NCBI GenBank assembly: GCA_003169895.1
Contig: PNAE01000004.1
Span: forward strand, 297,186-361,185
Direction of reading: 5' to 3'
DNA length: 64,000 bases
Origin: Gemmatimonadota bacterium
GTDB lineage: Bacteria > Gemmatimonadota > Gemmatimonadetes > Gemmatimonadales > GWC2-71-9
This document shows, piece after piece, positions 10,491-18,018 of the stretch (the stretch's first letter is position 1; each line of letters starts with the position of its first letter). The position numbers were made by a program, and so were the translations under genes. The notes beneath the pieces were generated by a model, which saw nothing but the letters and a program-made list of their open reading frames with translations, had not been told where the DNA came from and did not search any database.

Positions 10491-10577
10491 GGACAGGTGT
10501 CCGAGTGGCTGAAGGAGCCGGTCTCGAAAACCGGTATACCGGCAACGGTATCGAGGGTTCGAATCCCTCCCTGTCCG
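10491..10577 (+). tRNA. tRNA-Ser (anticodon CGA)
   Basis: Hand-folded cloverleaf. Acceptor GGACAGG/CCTGTCC. Anticodon stem CCGGT/ACCGG with loop CTCGAAA. Long variable arm TACCG-GCAA-CGGTA. T-arm GAGGG-TTCGAAT-CCCTC. Discriminator G. CCA is not encoded. Confidence 0.9.
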
Positions 10578-10613
10578 CTTGTCCCGAGCTCGCCCGCGAG
10601 CGAAGGACCCCCT

Positions 10614-11555
10614 ATGACCATTGCAGTCCAGCTGCGTGACCTCCGCAAAGTCTACGACGGCCCGCCGCCGGTTACAGCGCTTGATGGCGTCTCGCTCGAC
10701 GTGCCCGCCGGCATGATCTATGGGATCCTGGGTCCCAACGGCGCCGGCAAGACCACCGCCATCGGGATCTGCACCACGAAGGTTCGCGCCACCGGCGGCA
10801 GCGCGAGCGTAGCCGGGCTCGATGTCGCACAGCATCCGGTCGGTGTGCGACGCCACATCGGTATCGCCAGCCAGGCGATAACGCTCGACCGCTCATGCTC
10901 CGTTGGCGACAATCTCTACTATCACTGCCGCTATTTCGCGCTGCCGCTCGCCGAGTGCCGGCGTCGCACCGAGGAGCTGCTGCAGCGTTTTGGCATCGCC
11001 GATCGTCGCGATTCCATGCCGGCGCAGCTATCCGGCGGGCTCGCGCAGCGCGTTCAGCTCGCGCGCGCGATCGCCCATCGGCCGACGGTGCTTTTTCTGG
11101 ACGAACCCACCGCCGGACTCGACCCGCAGACCCGTCTCGCGCTCTGGGAGCTGGTGGACACGCTCCGCAACGAAGGACTCACGGTCGTGCTCACGACGCA
11201 CTACATGGAAGAAGCCGATCGTCTCTGCGATCGAGTCGCCGTGGTGGACCACGGGCGCGTCCTCGCCGAAGGCACGCCGGCCGAGCTCAAGCGGGACAAC
11301 GGCGGCACCGTGGTGATCAACGCGGCCTTTGCCGGAGATCGCCAGGCGGCGCGCGCGGCGCTCGAGGGACTGCCTGGTGTAACCGAGGTCGTGGAGACTG
11401 AACGCGGCCTGCGCGTGCTGGTCTCGCTCGACGGCGGTGCGGTGCCCCGTGTCGTGAGCCGCATCGCCGAGCATCACCTGACCGATCTCACCGTGGCAGA
11501 GCCGTCGCTCGAGACGGTGTTCATCCGACTCACGGGGCGCGACCTCCGTGGCTGA
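10614..11555 (+). CDS. ABC transporter ATP-binding protein (ABC-2/DrrA-like)
   Basis: Walker A GPNGAGKTT, signature LSGGLAQR and Walker B LFLDEPTAGLD. ATG 10614 follows GAAGGA. Confidence 0.9.
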   Translation: MTIAVQLRDLRKVYDGPPPVTALDGVSLDVPAGMIYGILGPNGAGKTTAIGICTTKVRATGGSASVAGLDVAQHPVGVRRHIGIASQAITLDRSCSVGDNLYYHCRYFALPLAECRRRTEELLQRFGIADRRDSMPAQLSGGLAQRVQLARAIAHRPTVLFLDEPTAGLDPQTRLALWELVDTLRNEGLTVVLTTHYMEEADRLCDRVAVVDHGRVLAEGTPAELKRDNGGTVVINAAFAGDRQAARAALEGLPGVTEVVETERGLRVLVSLDGGAVPRVVSRIAEHHLTDLTVAEPSLETVFIRLTGRDLRG

Positions 11556-12351
11556 CCGCAACTCCGTCCTCGCCTCGGTCCTCGGCTTGTGGGCGCGCGA
11601 CTTCCGCGTGCTGCGGCGTGACTGGTTGCCGTTCACCCTGCGCACCGTCATGAATCCGGTGCTCACGGTGTTCGTGTTTACGTACGTGCTGCCGCGCACC
11701 GGCCAGCATCTTCCCGTGGCCGCGGGCGCGAGCAGCCTCGCCACGGTGCTCGTGCCGGGGCTTGTTGCGGTCGCGATGGTGTTCACGTCCATTGCAGCGG
11801 TGGCATTGCCATTGTCGATCGAGCTTGGCGCAACACGCGAGATCGAGGATCGCGTCCTCGCGCCGATTCCGCTTGCCACCGTCCCGCTCGCCAAGGTGGC
11901 GTTCGGCGCATTCCAGGGCGCCCTCGCCGGTGCGGTGATCTTCCCGATCATCACCGCGTTGCCCGCGACCGCGGTGCACATTCGCGTCGCCAGTTGGCCG
12001 ATGCTGGCGTTGATGCTGGTGCTGGCGAGCTGGACCGCGGCCTCGCTGGGGCTGTTTCTCGGCACCGTCGTGCGCCCGCAGCACATCGGCCTGATGTTCG
12101 CCGTCATCCTCACTCCGATCATGTTTCTCGGCTGCGTCTACTATCCGTGGGCGTCGCTGTCGTCCATTCGCTGGCTGCAGGTGTTCGTGCTCGTGAATCC
12201 GCTCGTGTACATGAGCGAAGGACTGCGAATCGCGTTGACGCCGGACGTGCCGCACATGGGACCTGTCATGGTGATTGGCATGCTTGGGCTTCTCGCGACG
12301 CTGCTTACGACCGCGGCGGTACGCGCGTTCGCGAAGCGGGTCGTGGTCTAG
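11548..12351 (+). CDS. ABC-2 type transporter permease
   Basis: 267 aa with ~6 TM helices. It overlaps the ATPase stop by 8 nt, which is the typical ABC-2 exporter pairing. Confidence 0.8.
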   Translation: MADRNSVLASVLGLWARDFRVLRRDWLPFTLRTVMNPVLTVFVFTYVLPRTGQHLPVAAGASSLATVLVPGLVAVAMVFTSIAAVALPLSIELGATREIEDRVLAPIPLATVPLAKVAFGAFQGALAGAVIFPIITALPATAVHIRVASWPMLALMLVLASWTAASLGLFLGTVVRPQHIGLMFAVILTPIMFLGCVYYPWASLSSIRWLQVFVLVNPLVYMSEGLRIALTPDVPHMGPVMVIGMLGLLATLLTTAAVRAFAKRVVV

Positions 12352-12416
12352 CGGAGGTCGGGCGGGACGTTCTGCGTCCCGATCCGAAGTGTGATTGACG
12401 AGGCGAGGAGGCCCCG

Positions 12417-12902
12417 ATGAAGGCAGCCCCGGGTGTCACGACGCCCACGCAGTACGTCGCGAGTCTTCCCGCCGATCGCCGCAAGGAAATCGCCGCGGTA
12501 CGCACGATCGTGCAGCAGCACATGCCGAACGGTTACGAAGAACGGTTGCTCTGGGGAATGATCATGTGGGGCATCCCGCTGAGCCGGTTTCCGGACACGT
12601 ACAACAAGCAGCCGCTGTGCTACGTCGCCCTCGCCGCACAAAAGAACTATTCCTCGCTCTACCTCATGGGGTGTTACGGGGACACGGGCCAGCTCGCGGC
12701 GCTCAAGCAGGCTTTCGCCGCCGCCGGGAAGAAGCTCGACATGGGCAAGTCGTGCGTGCACTTCAAGGTCGCCAGCGACCTGCCGCTCGACGCGATCGGC
12801 AAGTTGATCGCCGCCGTCACGCCGGAACAATGGATCGAGATCTATCAGGAGTCGCGCAAGCACACCAAGGCGGGCAAGGCGGCCGCGGCGAAACGGAAGT
12901 GA
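12417..12902 (+). CDS. DUF1801 domain-containing protein (YdhG-like)
   Basis: 161 aa. N-terminal 'YVASLPADRRKEIAAVRTIV' and 'YVALAAQKNYSSLYLMG' resemble the DUF1801 family. Confidence 0.65.
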   Translation: MKAAPGVTTPTQYVASLPADRRKEIAAVRTIVQQHMPNGYEERLLWGMIMWGIPLSRFPDTYNKQPLCYVALAAQKNYSSLYLMGCYGDTGQLAALKQAFAAAGKKLDMGKSCVHFKVASDLPLDAIGKLIAAVTPEQWIEIYQESRKHTKAGKAAAAKRK

Positions 12903-12927
12903 GGCACGGAGTGGTCGGGTCGGTGGT

Positions 12928-13902
12928 TTACGGTCGCCCGACCGGCGCGGCATCGAAGCGCCGGATGAAGTCCGCCACTGCCCGCACCGCGCTGGCATAG
13001 AACCCCGGCATCAACCGGTCCGCCGAATCGGTTGCGCGATGATAGTCAGGATGGTCCTCCTCCCCGAAGTACACGAACGGGATGCCCTTTTCGTGGAACG
13101 CGCCCTGATCGGACTGGTTGGTCCAGTCCTCCCCGCCGGGCGACCCCGGTCCATCGTGCCCTATCGTCACGGTGATCGGCACGCACGCAATCGTCTGCTC
13201 GACCAGCGGCCGAAGCGCCGGGTACCTGGTCGGGCCAGCCGCATAGAGCCGATTGGCCGCGTTGCGTCCGACCATGTCGAGGTTGACGTCGAGCAGGATC
13301 CGGTCCAGCGGAATCGGCGCCGCTGCCACCCAGGCGTGGCTGCCGACATCACCGGATTCCTCCGCGTCGAATGCCGCGAACACCAGCGAGTGCTGCGGCG
13401 GCTCGCGCTCGAACAGCCGGGCCAGCGCGAGCAGCGCGGCCGTGCCCGACGCGTTGTCATCGGCGCCATTGCAGATCGAATCCGCACCAGCCGGCTGGCA
13501 CGCGGCGCCGGCGCCGACCGCCCCGATGTGATCGAAGTGCGCGGAGATCACGACGTACTGTTCGGCGAACCGGCTCCCCTTGACCAGGCCAATCACGTTG
13601 AAGCCATTGACGCTCCCCCGGCGGGTCGCAGCCGTGAACGGCTGGATCCGTCCTGGCGCGACACGGTCGAGGCCGAGGGCGTCGAAGCGCGCGGCGATGA
13701 AGTCACGCGCCTTGGCGCCCTCGGGCGTGCCGACCCGGCGCCCGCGCATCGAGTCATCGGCGAGCCGGAACACGTCCCGCAGCATGCCGGCGGAGTCGAT
13801 GGCCAAGATGGGGCAAGCGGAGCTGGATTGGGCGGTGAGAACTCCCCGCCTGCCGGCGAACAGCAGCGCGCCCAGGAGCGCGCGACGCATGCTCACAGCC
13901 AT
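12928..13902 (-). CDS. M28 family metallopeptidase
   Basis: Signal peptide. Zn-ligand contexts ISAHFDHIG, NGADDNASG, FAAFDAEESG and IGHDGPG...DHPDYH are typical of M28 aminopeptidases. Confidence 0.8.
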   Translation of the reverse strand: MAVSMRRALLGALLFAGRRGVLTAQSSSACPILAIDSAGMLRDVFRLADDSMRGRRVGTPEGAKARDFIAARFDALGLDRVAPGRIQPFTAATRRGSVNGFNVIGLVKGSRFAEQYVVISAHFDHIGAVGAGAACQPAGADSICNGADDNASGTAALLALARLFEREPPQHSLVFAAFDAEESGDVGSHAWVAAAPIPLDRILLDVNLDMVGRNAANRLYAAGPTRYPALRPLVEQTIACVPITVTIGHDGPGSPGGEDWTNQSDQGAFHEKGIPFVYFGEEDHPDYHRATDSADRLMPGFYASAVRAVADFIRRFDAAPVGRP

Positions 13903-15143
13903 TTCGCCACCACGTAGATCACCAGACCCGCCAAGCCTCCCACCAGTGTGCCGTTCAGGCGGATGAACTGCAGGTCTCGGCCCACGGCCAGTTCGATCCG
14001 GTTCGCGGCGACCTGCGGGTCCCAGTCGCGCACCGTGGCGGCGATCAGATCGGCCACTTCGTGGCGGTGCTGCTCCAGCAACGACGCCACCACATCGGTC
14101 ACGAACCGGTCAACCTCGGCCCGGAGATCGGCGTTCGTGGCCATCGATTCCGCCACGGCCGCCAGCGCCGACTCGAGCGGCTCGAGCGAGGCGTGTTCGG
14201 GGTCGGCGCGGTACCGTTCCGCCGCGCCGCGGATCCGGTCCCACACCGACGAGACCAGGTCTTCCACGACCGGGTGACCGAGCAGCTCATGCTTCAGATC
14301 TTCTGCTTTGGCAATGAGTTCCGGAGATGACTTCAAGCGCTGGATGAAGTCCTGGACAGCGGCGTCGAACCGACCGCGCAGCGGATGATGCGGGTCGGCC
14401 ACGAGTTCGGCGAGATACCGCTGGATCCCGCTGATCATGCGATCGGCGATCGCATCGCGGACGCCGAGGGGAAGCCACCGGGGACTTTCCTGGCGCACCT
14501 TGGCCTGGATTGTCGCGCGGCCATCGTCGACCGCGCCGCCGATCAGTCGGGCGGCTTCGTTGAGCAGCTCCTGCGGGCGTCCGTCCGCAGTCGCAATGGT
14601 CAGCACGTCGCCAACCAGCGGCGCCAGCTGCATCGCCTCCAGCCGGGAGACGGCGCTGCGCTGCACGAACTCCTTGACGTCGGTTTCCGGTAACGCCTCG
14701 ACGGCGCGGGCGAGGCCGCCGGCGAGTTGCCGTGCGAGGCGCCGCCGATGATCGCTGTCGCTCAGCCATTCGGCCGCGCGCGACGCGGGGCGAAGCCCGG
14801 TGAGCCGCGCGTCCAGCACCGCGCGGGACAGGAAGTGATTCTGGACGAAGTTGCCGAGGATCCGTCCGACCCGGTCTTTCTGGGTCTGCATGATCGCCGT
14901 GTGCGGGATCGGCAGGCCCAGTGGCCGCCGAAAGAGGGCGGTGACGGCGAACCAGTCCGCCAAGCCGCCGACGAGCGATGCCTCCGCCGTGGCGCGGACA
15001 TATCCCAGCCACGGGTGCAGCGGCTCGAGCATGCGGGCCACGATGAACACCGCGACCGCGACGACGAGCATGCCCGACGCGACCAGCTTCATGCGGCGCA
15101 AGGCGATGCGCCGCGAATGCTCGTCCAGCGGAGCAGCGGTCAT
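13893..15143 (-). CDS. DUF445 domain-containing membrane protein
   Basis: 416 aa. N- and C-terminal TM helices flank a helical domain, and the C-terminal 'IRLNGTLVGGLAGLVIY' is typical of the DUF445/YjiN-like family. Confidence 0.65.
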   Translation of the reverse strand: MTAAPLDEHSRRIALRRMKLVASGMLVVAVAVFIVARMLEPLHPWLGYVRATAEASLVGGLADWFAVTALFRRPLGLPIPHTAIMQTQKDRVGRILGNFVQNHFLSRAVLDARLTGLRPASRAAEWLSDSDHRRRLARQLAGGLARAVEALPETDVKEFVQRSAVSRLEAMQLAPLVGDVLTIATADGRPQELLNEAARLIGGAVDDGRATIQAKVRQESPRWLPLGVRDAIADRMISGIQRYLAELVADPHHPLRGRFDAAVQDFIQRLKSSPELIAKAEDLKHELLGHPVVEDLVSSVWDRIRGAAERYRADPEHASLEPLESALAAVAESMATNADLRAEVDRFVTDVVASLLEQHRHEVADLIAATVRDWDPQVAANRIELAVGRDLQFIRLNGTLVGGLAGLVIYVVAKWL

Positions 15144-15152
15144 AACGGGAGG

Positions 15153-15275
15153 GACGAGGGACGAGAGACGAGAGACGAGAGACGAGAGACGAGAAAACCG
15201 TCGTCCGGCTGCAGTGCGGGACGTGCGAGCGGTTCACTTCTCTCGTCTCTCGTCTCTCGTCTCTCGTCTCTCATC
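15153..15275. repeat. heptamer-array palindrome: (GACGAGG)1(GACGAGA)5 - 46 nt - (TCTCGTC)4(TCTCATC)1
   Basis: Read directly from the sequence. The arms 15153-15194 and 15241-15275 are reverse complements and fill the gap between the symporter stop (15279) and the DUF445 start (15143). Confidence 0.9.
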
Positions 15276-15278
15276 GCT

Positions 15279-17057
15279 CTACTCACGTACCGTCTCCCAT
15301 CCCCGTCGCGACAAATCCGCGTAGATCACCGCGCCCGCCACCGCCGCCATCATGAGTAGCGGGATGCCGGCGCCCGCTTCGTGCAACAGCAGCTTTCCGA
15401 CGCCGAACAGAATCCCGTACACCAGCGCGCATCCGGCGATCCAGTCGATCAGGTTGCGCGCACCGCCGGCATCGGGCCGCACGTCGGGCGCGAGAGCGGC
15501 GATCCGCCGCCAGCCGAGGATTCCCGGATGCGTACGTCGGAAGAAGGCGACCAGTGTCGCGTCGCTTTCGGGGCGCGTCAGGAACGTGACCGTGAGCCAC
15601 ACGATACTGGTGAGGCCGACCGTGATCAGCATGATGATCGCGAAGTCCCTTGGCTGGTCGCTGTCGAGGCCGCCAAGGGTTTGCAGGGCGATCGAGATGA
15701 CGAAGGCAGCGATGGTCGCCGACAGTTCGCTCCACGCGTTGATCCGCCACCAATACCAGCGGAACAGGAGAACGGCGCCGGTGCCGGCGCCCGTGAGCAG
15801 CAGCAGCTTCCATGCCCCGGCGATGGACGTCATGTAGCGCGTCGCGATCACCGACGCAATGGTGAGGAGCACGGTTGCCAGCCGGGACGCGGTCACGTAG
15901 TGCCGGTCGCTCTCCGCCGGTTTGAGGAATCGCTTGTAGAAATCGTTCACCAGATAGCTCGCGCCCCAATTGAGCTGCGTGGCGATCGTCGACATGTAGG
16001 CTGCGGCGAAGGCTGCGACCATCAGGCCCCGGAGCGACGGTGGCAAGTACGTGATCATCACGCGCACGTATCCGGTTTCCGGGTCGGCCAGATGGGGGAA
16101 AAGGATCAACGAGCACAGCGCGACCAGGATCCACGGCCACGGCCGGATGGCGTAGTGGGCGACATTGAACCACAGCGTCGCGAGCAGCGAATGTTTCTCG
16201 TTCTTTGCGCTGAACATTCGCTGTGCGATGTATCCGCCGCCGCCGGGTTCGGCGCCCGGATACCACGATGCCCACCAGCTCACGCCGATGAACACGAAAA
16301 AGGTGATCATCGGCATCCAGGCCGATCCGACGTCCGGCACGAAGCTCAGCACCGAGCCGTGACCGCCGCCCGCGGCGCGCGCCTGGTCGATCGCGAGCAA
16401 TTGCGTCTTCATCGCCGTGATGCCGCCAACCGCATTCACTGCGACGACCGCAAGCACGATCACCATCCCCATCTTGATCGTGAACTGGACGAGGTCGACC
16501 CACAACACGCCACGCAGCCCCGCGAGCGTGGAGATCAGCGAGGTCACCACGATGAGGCCGAGCACAACGAGCAGCGCCTGGTTTCGGGTGACGCCGAGGA
16601 TCAGGGTGAGGATCTTCACCATCGCGAGGTTGACCCAGCCCAGGATCAGTGCGTTCATCACGACGCCGAGATACACGGCGCGGAAGCCGCGCAATACCGC
16701 GGCCGGCTTGCCGCTGTATCGCAGCTCGGCGAACTCGATGTCGGTCGTCACGCCGGCGCGCCGCCACAGGCGCGCATAGAGAAACACCGTGAGCATTCCG
16801 CTCGCCACCATGTTCCACCAGAGCCAGTTACCGGCGATGCCGTTGTGGGCCACCATGCCCGTGACTGCCAGCGGTGTGTCGGCGGCAAACGTCGTCGCCA
16901 CCATCGACGTTCCCGCGAGCCACCACGGTGCATCGCGCGACGACAGGAAGTACTCCGATAGGCTCTTCCCGGCCCGGCGCTTGTAGTAGAGCCCGATGCC
17001 GAGATTGAGGGCGAAGTACGCGGCGACGACGAGCCAGTCGACGGAGCTGAGGCGCAT
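15279..17057 (-). CDS. sodium:solute symporter family (SSF) transporter
   Basis: 592 aa with ~13-14 TM helices. N-terminal 'YFLSSRDAPWWLAGTSMVATTFAADTPLAVTG' is typical of SSF. Confidence 0.85.
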   Translation of the reverse strand: MRLSSVDWLVVAAYFALNLGIGLYYKRRAGKSLSEYFLSSRDAPWWLAGTSMVATTFAADTPLAVTGMVAHNGIAGNWLWWNMVASGMLTVFLYARLWRRAGVTTDIEFAELRYSGKPAAVLRGFRAVYLGVVMNALILGWVNLAMVKILTLILGVTRNQALLVVLGLIVVTSLISTLAGLRGVLWVDLVQFTIKMGMVIVLAVVAVNAVGGITAMKTQLLAIDQARAAGGGHGSVLSFVPDVGSAWMPMITFFVFIGVSWWASWYPGAEPGGGGYIAQRMFSAKNEKHSLLATLWFNVAHYAIRPWPWILVALCSLILFPHLADPETGYVRVMITYLPPSLRGLMVAAFAAAYMSTIATQLNWGASYLVNDFYKRFLKPAESDRHYVTASRLATVLLTIASVIATRYMTSIAGAWKLLLLTGAGTGAVLLFRWYWWRINAWSELSATIAAFVISIALQTLGGLDSDQPRDFAIIMLITVGLTSIVWLTVTFLTRPESDATLVAFFRRTHPGILGWRRIAALAPDVRPDAGGARNLIDWIAGCALVYGILFGVGKLLLHEAGAGIPLLMMAAVAGAVIYADLSRRGWETVRE

Positions 17058-17090
17058 GGGAAGGCCCGGAGAGAAGAGCTGGGGGCTGCG

Positions 17091-17166
17091 AGCTGGGAGC
17101 TAGGAGCCGATCGCTGCAAGGTAGCGTTGCCGGCGCGGAGCAGCCACCGGCTCCCACCTCCCAGCT
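17091..17166 (-). promoter_or_regulatory. long imperfect hairpin in the 5' leader of the symporter gene
   Basis: AGCTGGGAGCTAGGAGCC (17091-17108) pairs with GGCTCCCACCTCCCAGCT (17149-17166) at 16/18 positions with a 40-nt loop. A third partial copy, AGCTGGGGG, lies at 17077-17085. Confidence 0.4.
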
Positions 17167-17182
17167 ATCTTGTTTCCCCCGA

Positions 17183-17271
17183 GGACGGGTGCTCGAGTGG
17201 TTTAAGAGGCACGCCTGGAAAGTGTGTAGGCGGTGTAAGCCGTCTCGAGGGTTCGAATCCCTCCCTGTCCG
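17183..17271 (+). tRNA. tRNA-Ser (anticodon GGA)
   Basis: Hand-folded. Acceptor GGACGGG/CCTGTCC (one G-U pair). Anticodon stem CACGC/GTGTG with loop CTGGAAA. Long variable arm. T-arm GAGGG-TTCGAAT-CCCTC. Discriminator G. Confidence 0.88.
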
Positions 17272-17278
17272 TCGCTGG

Positions 17279-17848
17279 CTAGGGTCGCGTCAATGTCTTC
17301 GGGAACAGCGTCAGGTACGTGCCGTAGCCTTCCGCTTCGAGCTTGTCGACTGGAATGAACCGCAGCGCCGCCGAGTTCATGCAGTAGCGGAGTCCGGTCG
17401 GCTGGGGGCCATCATCGAACAGGTGTCCCAGATGCGAATTTGCATGGGCCGATCGCACTTCGGTCCGGTCCATACCGAGGCTGTGATCGTCGGCTCGCTT
17501 GATGTTATGCGGCTCCAGCGGCCGAGTGAACGACGGCCAGCCGGTGTGCGAATCGTACTTGTCGAGCGAACTGAATAGCGGCTCGCCCGAGACAATGTCG
17601 ACGTAGATGCCGGCCGCGTGATTGTCCCAGTACGGGTTCCGAAATGGCGTCTCGGTGGCGGCCTGCTGCGTCACCGCGTACTGCTCGGCCGTGAGCCGCT
17701 TCCTGAGCTCGGCATCGCTCGGCTTGGCGTAGGTGCGCCACGCCGGCGCCGGCATCGTCGCGGCCTGGGCTTGAGCGGTAGCGGCGGTGGCAACGCAGAG
17801 CGCTCCCGCCAGCATTGCGACCCGACCGGCCGTTATTGAAGAGCGCAT
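17279..17848 (-). CDS. msrB: peptide-methionine (R)-S-oxide reductase MsrB, possibly exported
   Basis: Motifs [30 protein letters not shown] and RYCMNSAAL. The long form carries the signal-like leader [29 protein letters not shown]. An internal ATG (Met32) would give a cytoplasmic form. Confidence 0.88.
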   Translation of the reverse strand: MRSSITAGRVAMLAGALCVATAATAQAQAATMPAPAWRTYAKPSDAELRKRLTAEQYAVTQQAATETPFRNPYWDNHAAGIYVDIVSGEPLFSSLDKYDSHTGWPSFTRPLEPHNIKRADDHSLGMDRTEVRSAHANSHLGHLFDDGPQPTGLRYCMNSAALRFIPVDKLEAEGYGTYLTLFPKTLTRP

Positions 17849-18018
17849 CTGTCCTTCCTTCGGCCGGCGTGAAGCGATGGCGACTGTCGCGTTGCGTGCG
17901 TGACAAATCTAGCCGCGTTGCACATTTCATCCTGCACGTTCCGGCTTCGGCCTTTCCCCAGTCTGGGCCCGCCGGCATACTTCAGTCGCCACCTGCTCCC
18001 AAACCCAGAGAGATCCCG

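Noticed and set aside
10551-10577. An identical 27-nt segment, TCGAGGGTTCGAATCCCTCCCTGTCCG, at 10551-10577 and 17245-17271. It could look like att-type direct repeats flanking a 6.7 kb island.
   Set aside because: Both copies are the T-arm and acceptor 3' halves of two complete, different tRNA-Ser isoacceptor genes. No integrase or other mobility gene lies in the interval, and its composition looks like the surrounding DNA.
10410-10856. N-terminal extensions of the GH3 ORF (to 10856) and of the ABC ATPase ORF (from 10428) that run across 10491-10577.
   Set aside because: The extensions translate the tRNA-Ser gene itself (for example GRDSNPRYRCRYTGFRDRLLQPLGHLS, a classic tRNA antisense artefact). 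Both proteins have sensible starts outside the tRNA.
15153-15275. The heptamer arrays considered as a CRISPR array or as coding repeats (translations such as RDERRETRDERRETR appear in the ORF track).
   Set aside because: The unit is only 7 bp with no spacers, the arrays are inverted copies of each other, and they lie between stop and start codons of real genes. They are reported as a palindromic repeat instead.
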